Positions 1 through 9,768 are shown, counted from the first letter of the stretch. The stretch is DNA of 64,000 nucleotides from an uncultured Alphaproteobacteria bacterium (GCA_963732875.1 CAVTBD010000002.1:257063-321062); one strand, 5' to 3'. Program-made: numbers and translations. Notes: generated from the sequence alone by a model not told the origin.

Positions 1-478
1 CGATGGTGCCCTGGCCGGCGATCACCTGTTCGTGGTCGTAGGGTGGCACGATCGCCATGCCGCGCTCGGCGGCGAGCTTTTCCGTGATCGCGACGCGGTC
101 CTCGGTCTCGCGGTCGTAATAGGCGAGCTCGGCGCCCCATGCCTTGGTGTTCTCGATCTTGATGGCGGGGGTGTCCTTGGGCACGACGATCAGGGCGCGC
201 GTGCCGCACGCCTTTGCCGCGGCCGCGACCCCCTGGGCATGGTTGCCGGACGAAAAGGCGGCGACGCCGCGCTCGAGCGCCGTGGCATCGAGCCGGCTCA
301 CCCGGTTGTAGGCGCCCCGGAACTTGAACGTGCCGGTGAGTTGCAGGCATTCCGCCTTGACCAGCACGCGGCAGCGGAGCCGCTCGTTGAGCAGCGGCGA
401 TTCAAGCAGCGGCGTCAGCACGGCCTTGCCCGCGAGCCGTGCGGCAGCATCCCGGATGTCGTCGATCGTGATCGGCAT
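1..478 (-). CDS. Threonine/serine dehydratase family PLP enzyme (N-terminal part; 3' end lies outside the window)
   Basis: My own translation of the minus strand from ATG at 478: MPITIDDIRDAAARLAGKAVLTPLLESPLLNERL...ECLQLTGTFKFRGAYN...SSGNHAQGVA. It has the PLP-lysine motif (S/T)FKxRGA and the SxGNHxQG motif. It is not in the ORF track because no stop codon falls in the window. Confidence 0.75.
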   Translation of the reverse strand, partial: MPITIDDIRDAAARLAGKAVLTPLLESPLLNERLRCRVLVKAECLQLTGTFKFRGAYNRVSRLDATALERGVAAFSSGNHAQGVAAAAKACGTRALIVVPKDTPAIKIENTKAWGAELAYYDRETEDRVAITEKLAAERGMAIVPPYDHEQVIAGQGTI

Positions 479-605
479 TTTCACTCCCCCTGATGATGGG
501 GCGAGCATAGCCAACCGGACGGCGTCGGAGAAGCGCCGGCGGCCTATACAGGAACGGGCCCGCTCGGGCATACTCGCCGCAACGTACAAGGAGGCTGAAG
601 GGCCC

Positions 606-1139
606 ATGGGGGATTTCGACGCCGCGCTGTCCGCGCTGGCACATCGCATAAACCGTCTGAACGAGGCTATCGGCCGTGGTGTCGCGTGGGTCGTGCTGGC
701 GCTGGTCGCCGTGCAGTTCACGGCGGTCGTGCTGCGCTACGTGTTCGGCGCGGGCTGGATCTGGGTGGAGGAGTCGATCGTCTACCTTCACGCCACGCTG
801 TTCATGGCCGGTGCCGCCTATACCCTGCTCCATGACGGTCACGTGCGGGTCGATATCTTCTACCGGGACGCCGGCACCGACAACAAGGCATGGGTCGACC
901 TGCTGGGCGCGGCCTGCTTCCTGGTGCCGGTCTCGCTGCTGATCCTGTTCAAGAGTTGGCCCTACGTTTACGCAAGCTGGGCGATCCTCGAAGGCTCCCC
1001 GGAGACCAGTGGCATTCCCGCCGTGTTCCTGCTCAAGTCCCTGATCCCGCTGTTCGCGGTAATGATGATCGTCCAGGGCATTTCGATGGCGGCCTCGGCC
1101 ATGTTGACCTTGCGTGCCGGGGAAGGGGCCGCGCGCTGA
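606..1139 (+). CDS. TRAP transporter small permease subunit (DctQ-like)
   Basis: The internal ATG at 606 of ORF 324..1139 starts a hydrophobic ~177-aa protein (MGDFDAALSALAHRINRLNEAIGRGVAWVVLALVAVQF...). Its stop overlaps the start of the large permease (TGATG at 1137-1141). The upstream part of the ORF overlaps the divergent dehydratase gene and looks non-coding. Confidence 0.75.
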   Translation: MGDFDAALSALAHRINRLNEAIGRGVAWVVLALVAVQFTAVVLRYVFGAGWIWVEESIVYLHATLFMAGAAYTLLHDGHVRVDIFYRDAGTDNKAWVDLLGAACFLVPVSLLILFKSWPYVYASWAILEGSPETSGIPAVFLLKSLIPLFAVMMIVQGISMAASAMLTLRAGEGAAR

Positions 1140-2707
1140 TGGCCGATGTCCTCGCGCTCGGCATGTTCGCGGCGAGTTGCGGTTTCCTGCTTTTGGGCTA
1201 TCCGGTCGCCTTTACGCTCGCCGGCACCGCGCTTCTGTTCGCGGGCATCGGCCATTTTTTCGGCGTGTTCGACTTCGCGTTGCTGGGCGCGCTGGTACCG
1301 CAGATTTTCGGCCGCATGACCAATCCGGTGCTGATCGCGGTGCCGCTGTTCGTGTTCATGGGGGTCATGCTGGAGCGCTCCAAGGTCGCCGAGGACCTGC
1401 TCGAAACCATGGGGCTGCTGTTCGGCCGTCTGCCCGGCGGCCTCGGCCTGTCGGTGACCGTAGTCGGCGCGCTGCTGGCGGCCTCGACCGGAATCGTCGG
1501 GGCGACCGTGGTGACCATGGGGCTCCTGTCGCTGCCGACCATGCTCAAGCGGGGCTACGATCCGAAGCTTGCAACGGGAACTATCTGCGCTGCGGGTACG
1601 CTCGGCCAGATCATCCCGCCCTCGATCGTGCTGGTATTGCTGGGCGAGGTGCTGTCCTCGTCGTTCCAGCAGGCGCAGCTCAAGCGCGGCATCTTCTCGC
1701 CGGAGACCGTGTCGGTCGGCGACCTGTTCGCCGGTGCCCTGCTGCCGGGCCTGGTCCTGGTCGCGTTCTACATCCTCTACCAGATCGCTGTGGCGTGGCT
1801 CCGGCCCGAAACATCGCCGCCAATCGATGCCGCCGACGTTGCGGCGGTGAGCGACGGCAGGCTGCACCATATTCTCAAGGTGCTGCTGCCGCCGATCTCG
1901 CTGATCGTCGCCGTGCTGGGATCGATCCTGGGGGGAGTCGCCACGCCGACCGAAGCCGCCGCGGTAGGCGCCGTCGGTGCCGGCCTGCTTGCGGCCCAGC
2001 GTGTCGATCCCGGCGCGCGCCGGGCGGTGCGGCTGGCGGTCGCAGCCATGGTCGCACTGCTCGTGCTGACGTCGTTCCTCGACCTGCGCTTCGGGCGTTC
2101 CGACGCGACTTTGATCGAAAAAGCGGGCATCGCCGTCGCGGTGGTGCTCACCGGCGCGCTGGTGTGGGGCACGCTGACGGCCTTCGTGCGGCTCTACCGC
2201 GCCGGCATCCTGGCCGAGGTGTCGCGCGCGACCTTGTCGATCACGTCCATGGTGTTCGTCATCCTGATCGGCGCGGCGCTGTTCTCGCTGGTGTTCCGGG
2301 GCCTCGGCGGCAGCGACATGGTGCACGACTTCCTGCGCAACATGCCGGGCGGCGTGATCGGCGCCACCACGCTCGTCATGGGGGTGATGTTCTTCCTCGG
2401 ATTCTTCCTCGACTTCATCGAGATCATCTACGTGGTGGTGCCGATCGTGGCGCCGCCGCTCCTGCTGATGGGGCTCGATCCGGTGTGGCTGGGCGTGCTG
2501 ATCGCGGTCAACCTGCAGACCAGCTTTCTGACGCCGCCGTTCGGCTTCGCGCTGTTCTACCTGCGCGGGGTCGCGCCGCCCTCGGTGCGTACCCTGGACA
2601 TTTACCGAGGCATCATCCCGTTCGTGGTGATCCAGATTCTCGCTCTTATCGTGCTGGCGCTGTTCCCCGGGCTCGCGCTCTGGCTGCCCAGGGCGCTCTA
2701 CGGCTGA
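1139..2707 (+). CDS. TRAP transporter large permease subunit (DctM family, long ~522-aa form)
   Basis: In-frame ATG at 1139 (MADVLALGMFAASCGFLLLGYPVAFTLAG...). Polytopic membrane protein with DctM-like segments (GRMTNPVLIAVPLFVFMGVMLERS, LGQIIPPSIVLVLLG, NLQTSFLTPPFGFALFYLRG). Confidence 0.85.
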   Translation: MADVLALGMFAASCGFLLLGYPVAFTLAGTALLFAGIGHFFGVFDFALLGALVPQIFGRMTNPVLIAVPLFVFMGVMLERSKVAEDLLETMGLLFGRLPGGLGLSVTVVGALLAASTGIVGATVVTMGLLSLPTMLKRGYDPKLATGTICAAGTLGQIIPPSIVLVLLGEVLSSSFQQAQLKRGIFSPETVSVGDLFAGALLPGLVLVAFYILYQIAVAWLRPETSPPIDAADVAAVSDGRLHHILKVLLPPISLIVAVLGSILGGVATPTEAAAVGAVGAGLLAAQRVDPGARRAVRLAVAAMVALLVLTSFLDLRFGRSDATLIEKAGIAVAVVLTGALVWGTLTAFVRLYRAGILAEVSRATLSITSMVFVILIGAALFSLVFRGLGGSDMVHDFLRNMPGGVIGATTLVMGVMFFLGFFLDFIEIIYVVVPIVAPPLLLMGLDPVWLGVLIAVNLQTSFLTPPFGFALFYLRGVAPPSVRTLDIYRGIIPFVVIQILALIVLALFPGLALWLPRALYG

Positions 2708-2710
2708 GCG

Positions 2711-2745
2711 CAAAAAGACCGGGCGCCCCTTGGGGAGCGCCCGGT
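2711..2745 (-). terminator. Rho-independent terminator for the minus-strand Bug-like gene, shared convergent gap with dctM
   Basis: Imperfect GC hairpin accgggcgcccc/ggagcgcccggt (2718-2744). On the minus strand it is followed by TCTTTTTG (plus-strand A-run 2712-2716). Confidence 0.5.
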
Positions 2746-2780
2746 TACGGCTCGGGCCTCCCGGCCCGGTTCCGGTGTTC

Positions 2781-3860
2781 CTAGTGCTTCTTCTTGCGCT
2801 TCTTCTTTTTCTTGCAGAGGCTTCCCTTGCACTTGCCAATGGCGGCCTTGTTGTTGAGGTCTGCCTTTACCATCTGCACCACGTCGGGAGGCGCGCTCCC
2901 CATGTCCTTCAGGACGTCCTCGACCTCCGCCCCGGACTTGGGATCGATGCTCTGCCTCTGACGCTTCGCGAGGGCAAGGTAAGCTGGGTCCTTGACCGCC
3001 TTATCGAAGGCCGCGCGGTAGATTTTGACCACTTCGTCGGAGTTGCCCGGCGGCAGAGCGTAGGGGTCGGTGATCTCGCTGGCCTCGAGGAACAGCTTCA
3101 TTGCCGCCTTAGCCTTGGGATCCTTGAGCAGCCCCATGATGTAAGGGACTTTCGGAAAGTCGGGCAGGGGGCTTAGCGACACCGCCAGGATCAACCGAAC
3201 CTTTTCCTGTTTGATCCAGTCGGTGTGGGTTGCCTTGAGCGATTCAATGGAATAACAGCGAGCGTCCACTTCCCCACGCTCTACCGCGATCACGGAGCTG
3301 GCGCCGCCGTAGCCCGCGATCGGCTTGAACTTCGTGCCGAGCGTGGCATTGATCATCAAGGGAACGAGCGTCGAATTGGAACGCGCGCCCGTGGTGGAAA
3401 CGGTGAACTGCCTTTTCTTCGCGTCGTCGATGGTATGAAGCGCGCTGGTATGCCACGTGAAGCATACCTGCCTGGCTGCGGCAAGGCTGCCGATCCACCG
3501 AAACTTCATGATATCGTATTGCAGCTTGTACGGGCCGTAGAACGCGTTCTGGATCGGACCGCCCGGCATGGTGGTCAGGGACATGCCGTCCTTTTCGCCC
3601 TTGTTGTAGGTGTAGACGACGGCCTGCATGCCGCCGGCACCGAACATGTTGCGCACGATGATGTTGGGATGGCCCGGCAGGTACTTCGCCAGGAACGGCA
3701 TGAAAGTCCGGGAAAAGATGTCCACGCCGCCGCCGACCTGGCCGCCCAAGTAGAGGGAAATATTTTTCCCGGCAAAATCAACTTCCGCCTTTGCCGGTTG
3801 CGTCACCAGGACCGCGGCAAGCGCGGCCAGGGCGACGGGCAGGGTCTTGTTACGGGTCAT
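2781..3860 (-). CDS. Bug/TctC-family (tripartite tricarboxylate transporter type) periplasmic substrate-binding protein with C-terminal poly-lysine tail
   Basis: ATG at 3860 preceded by GGAGG. Signal peptide MTRNKTLPVALAALAAVLVTQPAKA. Bug-like N-terminal pattern (GGGVDIFSRTF...NMFGAGGMQA...DGMSL). Ends ...KCKGSLCKKKKKRKKKH. No adjacent tctA/tctB. Confidence 0.7.
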   Translation of the reverse strand: MTRNKTLPVALAALAAVLVTQPAKAEVDFAGKNISLYLGGQVGGGVDIFSRTFMPFLAKYLPGHPNIIVRNMFGAGGMQAVVYTYNKGEKDGMSLTTMPGGPIQNAFYGPYKLQYDIMKFRWIGSLAAARQVCFTWHTSALHTIDDAKKRQFTVSTTGARSNSTLVPLMINATLGTKFKPIAGYGGASSVIAVERGEVDARCYSIESLKATHTDWIKQEKVRLILAVSLSPLPDFPKVPYIMGLLKDPKAKAAMKLFLEASEITDPYALPPGNSDEVVKIYRAAFDKAVKDPAYLALAKRQRQSIDPKSGAEVEDVLKDMGSAPPDVVQMVKADLNNKAAIGKCKGSLCKKKKKRKKKH

Positions 3861-3935
3861 TGAAGCCTCCTCGTTCGCTATCGAGTGTTTATTGCTCCCA
3901 AGAGGTCGAAACCGTTGCGGGCGAAATCCCGAAAC

Positions 3936-3969
3936 GAAAAATGGGCCGGACGCTGGGGGCGTCCGGCCC
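3936..3969 (-). terminator. Rho-independent terminator downstream of slt
   Basis: 11-bp GC stem gggccggacgc/gcgtccggccc (3943-3953/3959-3969). It is followed on the minus strand by ATTTTT. Confidence 0.55.
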
Positions 3970-4060
3970 ACGGCTGGCTATATTAGCCTGATTCTCGCGG
4001 TCAGCCTGCTTCTTCTTTTGGTCGTTTTTCGGGCCCGGCGTGACGCGGACGCAGGCGGCT

Positions 4061-6106
4061 TCAGCCCCTGAGATGGTCGGGCCGGGCCGGGTGCAGTCGT
4101 CCCGAGCCGAACATCGCCCGGTAGACCTGAACATTCTCGATTACGCGCTCGACATAGTCGCGGGTCTGCTCGAAGGGGATCAGCTCGATCCAGTCGACCA
4201 CGTCGATGTCGCCCTTGCGGAAATCGCCGCGGCGCTTGAGCCAGCGGCGCACGCGGGCGGGACCGGCGTTGTAGGCCGCGAGCGCCAGCACGTAGGAACC
4301 GTTGAAGTCGTTCAGGACCTGGGCGAAGTAGGCGGCGCCGATGGTCAGGTTGTAGTTGCGGTCATTCAGCAGCTTCTCGCGCGAGAACGACATGCCGAGC
4401 GAATGGGCGACGCGGCGCGCGGTTGCCGGCATGACCTGCATCAGGCCACGTGCACCTGCCCAGCTGACCGCCTCCGGGTTGAAGCCGCTCTCCTGGCGCA
4501 TCAGGGCGAGCAGGATGCCGTGCTCGAGCCCGCGGCGGTTTTCGGGCAGCGGCCCGCGCGGCCAACCGGCCTGGACCAGCTGGACGCCGTCCTTGAGCGA
4601 ATCCTTGGCGGCCCATACGGCGACGTCGGGCCGCCCCACGCCGAGCGCGACACGGCTTGCGAGCGCGTGCTCGGCCGGAGTCTTGGCGAGGCGAACGAGC
4701 TTGCGCACGAACGCCTTGAAATGATCGCGGTCATGGCTGCCGGCGATCAGCTTGGCGGCATGCACCAGCTCGCGGTCGGCAAAGGCGGCGGCGGCCTTGT
4801 CGCTGATCTCGGGCTCGGGCGGCACCGGGCGGCCGGGCCCATCGGCGCCGTCGAGCCGAGCCGCCGCGAGTTGTCCGTAGAAGGTCGTGATGTGCTTTGC
4901 CGCCTTGGCATACCACGCGGCCGCGGCCGCCTTGTTGCCCATTTCGCCGGTGGCGACCCCGGCCCAATAGGCGCCGCGCGCCCGGCTGACCGGGAAGTTC
5001 ACGTTGTCGAACAGGTGCGTGAAATGGGTCAGCGCCGTGTTCGGTTCCTTGAGGAAACGCAGCGCGATGAAGCCGGCAAGCCATTCGGCCTCCGCGAAGT
5101 CCTCACCGTCGAGCTTGGGGTGCTTGGTGGCGAGGGAATAGGCCAGCGTTATCTTGCCGTCGCGCAGCGCGCGCCGGGCGAGGATTGCCTGGTCGAACCA
5201 GACCAGGTCGGGGCGCGGTACCACGGCGGGAAGCTGCCGCAGCAACTCGATCGCCTCGTCGTCACGCCCCTTGCGACGGCGCCAGTGCATGCGCTCGAAC
5301 ACGAAGCCGGGGTCCTGCTGGTATTCTTTGGGTACCCGCCGGATCGCCCAGTCGACACCGCCCTTGAAGTCGCGCAGACGCATGCGCGCCAGCGCCACGG
5401 CGGCATAACCTGACTTGACCCGGCGCAGCATGCGGCGTGCTTCCCAGCCGCGCCCGTCCCACAGCAGGCGGTCGATGCGTTTTTCGTGGTCGGCCTCGGT
5501 CAGCATCCGACGGTAGCGCCGGTAGAACGTGCGTTCGACCGCCGGCGGGAAATTCATGTCGATCCAGGCGTGGCGGACCAGCTTTTCGGCATCGGCCTTG
5601 CGTCCCTGGGCGATCAGGGCGTCGGCGTAGTGGATCGCACCTTTCGGGGTAAGTGGCGGATGCTTGGCGAACCAGGCGATCACCCGGCCGGCGGGCGTTG
5701 CCTCGTTCATCGCTTCCTCGGCGCTCTCGCGCAGATCGCGCATGCGCGGCCAGTCGGGATTGGCCGCGATGAACGCCGCGACCTCGTCGAAGGTCATGCG
5801 CTCGCCGTGGGTGGTGAAGCGGATCCAGGAGACGACCTTGGTGAGCACGGGATCGCCGCTCTCGCGCGCCAGCGCGTAGGCCTTGCCCCAGTTGCGCAGC
5901 TCGACGGCACGGAACACCGGATCGAGGTTGCGGAAGGCGGGAGGGCGCGGGGGCACCGGGGCGAGGACCGGGACCGCAGCCTTGGCGTCCCGCGTCGCGA
6001 CCTCGTTGGCGCCGGCGCGGCACGGCAGCACCGTGGACGCGATCGCCAGGGCCGAGAGGCCCAGGGCCATCACAAAGTTACGCCGAAACCTGCCGGGAAT
6101 CCCCAT
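4061..6106 (-). CDS. slt: Soluble lytic murein transglycosylase (Slt70 family)
   Basis: ~680-aa ORF with an N-terminal signal-like segment, a superhelical repeat region and the C-terminal catalytic motif MRQESGFNPEAVSWAGARGLMQVMPATA...AYNAGP. Start uncertain (GTG 6109, ATG 6106 or ATG 6070). Confidence 0.85.
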   Translation of the reverse strand: MGIPGRFRRNFVMALGLSALAIASTVLPCRAGANEVATRDAKAAVPVLAPVPPRPPAFRNLDPVFRAVELRNWGKAYALARESGDPVLTKVVSWIRFTTHGERMTFDEVAAFIAANPDWPRMRDLRESAEEAMNEATPAGRVIAWFAKHPPLTPKGAIHYADALIAQGRKADAEKLVRHAWIDMNFPPAVERTFYRRYRRMLTEADHEKRIDRLLWDGRGWEARRMLRRVKSGYAAVALARMRLRDFKGGVDWAIRRVPKEYQQDPGFVFERMHWRRRKGRDDEAIELLRQLPAVVPRPDLVWFDQAILARRALRDGKITLAYSLATKHPKLDGEDFAEAEWLAGFIALRFLKEPNTALTHFTHLFDNVNFPVSRARGAYWAGVATGEMGNKAAAAAWYAKAAKHITTFYGQLAAARLDGADGPGRPVPPEPEISDKAAAAFADRELVHAAKLIAGSHDRDHFKAFVRKLVRLAKTPAEHALASRVALGVGRPDVAVWAAKDSLKDGVQLVQAGWPRGPLPENRRGLEHGILLALMRQESGFNPEAVSWAGARGLMQVMPATARRVAHSLGMSFSREKLLNDRNYNLTIGAAYFAQVLNDFNGSYVLALAAYNAGPARVRRWLKRRGDFRKGDIDVVDWIELIPFEQTRDYVERVIENVQVYRAMFGSGRLHPARPDHLRG

Positions 6107-6345
6107 CACGCCGCCGATAATCCGAAATCTCGCCGCCCGTTTCGCCGTCTCCCCCTTGCCTCCCGGGGAAACGGACGATTGCGGCCGGGCCCCATTGTAG
6201 GGGCCCGTTTGGTTAATGCAACGTTAGCACGTGGCTAAACCCTTGCGTCCCTTGGCATTGATGCCGGCACGGTCTATCTTGCGGCCCTTAATCGGCCGGG
6301 GTCCCCGCGCAGGGACGTGGCTCGGCAAAGGCTCGGGAGACGAGG

Positions 6346-7221
6346 ATGTTCAAGGGTTCCTTCACGGCGCTGATCACGCCGTTCAAGGGCGGCAAGGTGG
6401 ACGAGAAGGCCTATCAGGCGCTGGTCGCGGCCCAGATCGCGGCCGGCACCCACGGCCTGGTGCCGTGCGGCACCACGGGCGAATCGCCGACCCTGTCCCA
6501 CGAGGAGCACATGCGCGTGACCGAGCTGTGCATCGAGGTGGCCGCGGGCAAGGTCCCGGTGATCGCCGGCACGGGCTCGAACTCGACCGAGGAGGCGATC
6601 ATGCTCCAGCGCCACGCCAGGAAGGCGGGCGCCGATGCCGGCTTGGTGGTCACGCCCTACTACAACAAGCCGACCCAGGCGGGGCTGCTCGCCCATTACC
6701 GGGCGATCGCCGACGCCGTCGATCTGCCGATCGTCATCTACAACATTCCGGGCCGCTCCGTGATCGACATGACCGTCGCGACCATGGCCGAGCTCGCGAA
6801 GCATCCCAATATCGTCGGCGTCAAGGATGCCACCGCGGACCTGGCGCGGCCGCTGCGCACGCGCCTGGCGTGCGGGACCGATTTCTGCCAGCTGTCGGGC
6901 GAGGACGCGACCGCGGTGCCGTTCCTGTCGCAGGGCGGGGTCGGCTGCATTTCAGTCACGTCGAACATCGCGCCCAGGGAATGCGCGGACATGCACAACG
7001 CCTGGATGAAGGGCGACATGGCGATGGTGATGAAGCTGAATGAGCGCCTGATGCCGGTGCACGACGCCATGTTCTGCGAGGCGAGCCCCGGGCCGGTCAA
7101 GTACGCGGCCGAGCTGCTGGGGATCTGCGGCGCCGAATTGCGCTTGCCGCTGGTATCGATCGCGGAGGCTTCGAAGAAGCGGGTGGAAGACGCGCTCAAG
7201 GGCGCGGGCCTTCTGCGCTGA
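6346..7221 (+). CDS. dapA: 4-hydroxy-tetrahydrodipicolinate synthase
   Basis: 291 aa, [23 protein letters not shown]...[19 protein letters not shown]...YYNKPTQ...IVGVKDA. Classic DapA motifs, RBS upstream. Confidence 0.95.
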   Translation: MFKGSFTALITPFKGGKVDEKAYQALVAAQIAAGTHGLVPCGTTGESPTLSHEEHMRVTELCIEVAAGKVPVIAGTGSNSTEEAIMLQRHARKAGADAGLVVTPYYNKPTQAGLLAHYRAIADAVDLPIVIYNIPGRSVIDMTVATMAELAKHPNIVGVKDATADLARPLRTRLACGTDFCQLSGEDATAVPFLSQGGVGCISVTSNIAPRECADMHNAWMKGDMAMVMKLNERLMPVHDAMFCEASPGPVKYAAELLGICGAELRLPLVSIAEASKKRVEDALKGAGLLR

Positions 7222-7226
7222 CCGCC

Positions 7227-7712
7227 ATGGCCCGGGCCGCGAAGGGCGGTCGTGCCGAGGCGCAGCGTTACGTCGCCCAGAACCGCAAGGCACGCCGCGA
7301 CTACGTCATCGAGGAGACGTTCGAGGCGGGGATCATGCTGACCGGCTCCGAGGTCAAGGGGCTGCGCTCGGGCGGCGCCAACCTCAACGATTCCTACGCG
7401 CGCGAGCAGGGCGGCGAGCTGTGGCTGGTCAGTGCCTATATTCCCGAATACAAGTTCGCCAACCGCGAAGGCCACGAGCCGCGGCGCCCGCGCAAGCTCC
7501 TGCTGCACAAGCGCCAGGTCGAGAAGCTTCTGGGCGCGATCGGACGCGACGGTGCGACAGCCGTGCCCATGTCGATCTATTTCAACGAGCGCGGGATGGC
7601 CAAGGTCGAGCTCGGCCTCGCGCGCGGGCGGCGCAAGTACGAGAAGCGCGAGCTCGAGAAGAAGCGTGATTGGCAGCGCGAGAAGGCGCGCGTGATGCGC
7701 GACAAGGGCTGA
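7227..7712 (+). CDS. smpB: SsrA-binding protein
   Basis: 161 aa, ...[31 protein letters not shown]...[15 protein letters not shown]...[20 protein letters not shown]. Confidence 0.95.
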   Translation: MARAAKGGRAEAQRYVAQNRKARRDYVIEETFEAGIMLTGSEVKGLRSGGANLNDSYAREQGGELWLVSAYIPEYKFANREGHEPRRPRKLLLHKRQVEKLLGAIGRDGATAVPMSIYFNERGMAKVELGLARGRRKYEKRELEKKRDWQREKARVMRDKG

Positions 7713-7717
7713 GACCC

Positions 7718-8410
7718 ATGACCGGCGACGACGGCGACAGGCCCGAAAAAGTCACTCTGATCGGGCGTATCAAGGACAAGCTGATCGCTTCGAAGGAAAA
7801 GACTGCGCGCGAGCGGCGCCTGCAGAGCGGTGTGCCGGTTCCGGACGACAACAGCCGCGAACGTCTGCCGCCGGGCCAACGCCTGGTCGAGAAATGGCCG
7901 GTGCTGGACCTCGGCGTGACGCCCAAGCTCGACCTCGCCCAGTGGCGGCTCACCGTGGACGGGCTGGTGGAAAATCCGGCGGCGTGGAGCTGGCAGGATT
8001 TCCTTGCGCTGCCGCAGAGCGAGATCACCTCGGACATCCACTGCGTCACCACGTGGTCGCTTTACGATTCGGTGTGGCAGGGAGTGGCGACCAGGGACCT
8101 GCTCGCGGCCGTGCGGCCGAAGCCCGAGGTCCGGTTCGTGCTGTTCCGCTCCTACGACGGCTACACCACCAACGTGCCGCTGGCGCGCTTCGCCGAGGCC
8201 GATGCCTTGCTCGCGCGCGCCCGTAACGGCGAGCCGATCGGACCCGAGCACGGCGGGCCGGTGCGCGTCGTGATCCCGAGCCTCTATTTCTGGAAGTCGG
8301 CCAAATGGGTGCGGCGCATCACCTTCGCCGCGGACGATGCCCCCGGCTACTGGGAAGTGCGCGGCTACCACAACGAGGCCGATCCGTGGAAGGAAGAGCG
8401 CTACGGCTGA
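7718..8410 (+). CDS. Sulfite-oxidase-like molybdopterin-binding oxidoreductase domain protein
   Basis: ATG at 7718. Contains WSWQDFLALPQSEITSDIHCVTTWS...GEPIGPEHGGPVRVVIPSLYFWKSAKWVRRITF...GYWEVRGYH, typical of the oxidoreductase molybdopterin-binding fold. Confidence 0.7.
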   Translation: MTGDDGDRPEKVTLIGRIKDKLIASKEKTARERRLQSGVPVPDDNSRERLPPGQRLVEKWPVLDLGVTPKLDLAQWRLTVDGLVENPAAWSWQDFLALPQSEITSDIHCVTTWSLYDSVWQGVATRDLLAAVRPKPEVRFVLFRSYDGYTTNVPLARFAEADALLARARNGEPIGPEHGGPVRVVIPSLYFWKSAKWVRRITFAADDAPGYWEVRGYHNEADPWKEERYG

Positions 8411-8419
8411 GGTGGCGCC

Positions 8420-9061
8420 TCAGCCGGTCGTGCGCCGGGCAGCGCGGAACACGTCCTCGAACATGGCGCGCGTCAGGCGCCCGGTATTGGTGTTGAGCCG
8501 CGAGCAATGGTAGCTCGCGATCACGTGCATTCCGTCGGGGGCCTTGAAGTTCGCGCCGTGGCCGAAGGGCGCGTCCTTGGCCTTCATGCCGAGCGCCTTG
8601 AGGACCGACCCATGGGCGATAGTGCCGAGGGTCACGATGCACCTGAGGCGCTTCATCGCCGTGATCTCGGCGGCGAGAAAGCCTGCGCAGGCGCGAATCT
8701 CGGTGCCGGTCGGCTTGTTCTGGGGCGGCACGCAGCGCACCGCGTTGGTGATGCGGGCACCGTCCAGCCGCAGCCCGTCGTCGGCGCGTGCGCCGTAACG
8801 GCCCTCGGCGAAGCCGAACTTGAGCAGGGTGGGGTAGAGCAGCTCGCCGGCATAATCGCCGGTGAACGGGCGGCCGGTGGCGTTCGCCCCCTTGAGTCCC
8901 GGTGCCAGGCCGACGATCAGGAGGCGTGCATCGAGACCGCCGAACGCCGGCACCGGCGCATTGTGCCAGTCCGGGTGAGCGCGTGCGTTGGCATCGCGGA
9001 AGTCCTTGAGGCGGGAACAGGCCGCGCAGTCGCGCGCGGGCTCGTGGCTGCCGGCGGGCAC
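8420..9061 (-). CDS. Uracil-DNA glycosylase superfamily protein (family 4/5 type)
   Basis: 213 aa with LLIVGLAPGLKGANATGRPFTGD and HCSRLNTNTG motifs. GTG start at 9061. Confidence 0.85.
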   Translation of the reverse strand: MPAGSHEPARDCAACSRLKDFRDANARAHPDWHNAPVPAFGGLDARLLIVGLAPGLKGANATGRPFTGDYAGELLYPTLLKFGFAEGRYGARADDGLRLDGARITNAVRCVPPQNKPTGTEIRACAGFLAAEITAMKRLRCIVTLGTIAHGSVLKALGMKAKDAPFGHGANFKAPDGMHVIASYHCSRLNTNTGRLTRAMFEDVFRAARRTTG

Positions 9062-9068
9062 GGCCGTC

Positions 9069-9641
9069 TCAGGCCGCGTCTTCGTCGTCGTCGTGGCCGC
9101 CGTGGAAATGCTCGCGCGGGCGCGCGATCTCGGACTCGATGTCCCTGAGCTCGATGAAGTCGTCGGCCTGGCGGCGCAACTCGTCGGCCACCATGGGCGG
9201 GGACGAGCGCATGGTCGAGACCACGGTGACGCGCACGCCCCTGCGCTGGACTGCTTCGACCAGGCGGCGGAAGTCGCCGTCGCCCGAGAACAGCACGATA
9301 TGGTCGAGACGGTCGGCCATCTCCAGCATGTCGATGGCGAGCTCCATGTCCATATTGCCCTTGATGCGCCGGCGTCCGTCCGGGTCGGTGAATTCCTTGG
9401 CGGCCTTGGTGACCACGGCGTAGCCGTTGTAGTCGAGCCAGTCCACCAGCGGGCGGATCGGCGAATATTCCTGCTCGTCGATCATGGCGGTGTAGTAGAA
9501 CGCCCGGATCAGCCGCCCCTTGTTGCCGAACAGGGCGAGCAGCTTCTTGTAGTCGACGTCGAAACCGAGGTTGCGCGCGGAGGAGTAGAGGTTGGCGCCG
9601 TCGATGAACAGCGCCATCCGTTCTTCTGGATAAAAAGGCAT
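9069..9641 (-). CDS. NYN/LabA-like domain protein
   Basis: ATG at 9641: MPFYPEERMALFIDGANLYSSARNLGFDVDYKKLL...GNMDMELAIDML...LFSGDGDFRRLVEAVQRRGVRVTVVS, with an acidic C-terminus. The upstream part of the 241-aa ORF is unlikely to be coding. Confidence 0.8.
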   Translation of the reverse strand: MPFYPEERMALFIDGANLYSSARNLGFDVDYKKLLALFGNKGRLIRAFYYTAMIDEQEYSPIRPLVDWLDYNGYAVVTKAAKEFTDPDGRRRIKGNMDMELAIDMLEMADRLDHIVLFSGDGDFRRLVEAVQRRGVRVTVVSTMRSSPPMVADELRRQADDFIELRDIESEIARPREHFHGGHDDDEDAA

Positions 9642-9768
9642 AATCGAACCTGAATCGTTGTGATGTGCGAAAATTTGATGCTGACCGTGAGACACGGCCC
9701 TATAAACCACTGATTTATATGATAACCCTATACGATCCTCTGGAATATGACAAGCGGGGGCCGAGGCG

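Noticed and set aside
324-605. N-terminal extensions of several track ORFs, for example 324..605 of dctQ, 890..1138 of dctM, 13193..13705 of pdxJ, 42293..43072 of livG and 58164..58580 of yceD
   Set aside because: The extensions overlap upstream genes in other frames and are Arg/Pro/Gly-rich. Conserved N-termini begin at internal start codons that form stop/start overlaps typical of translational coupling.
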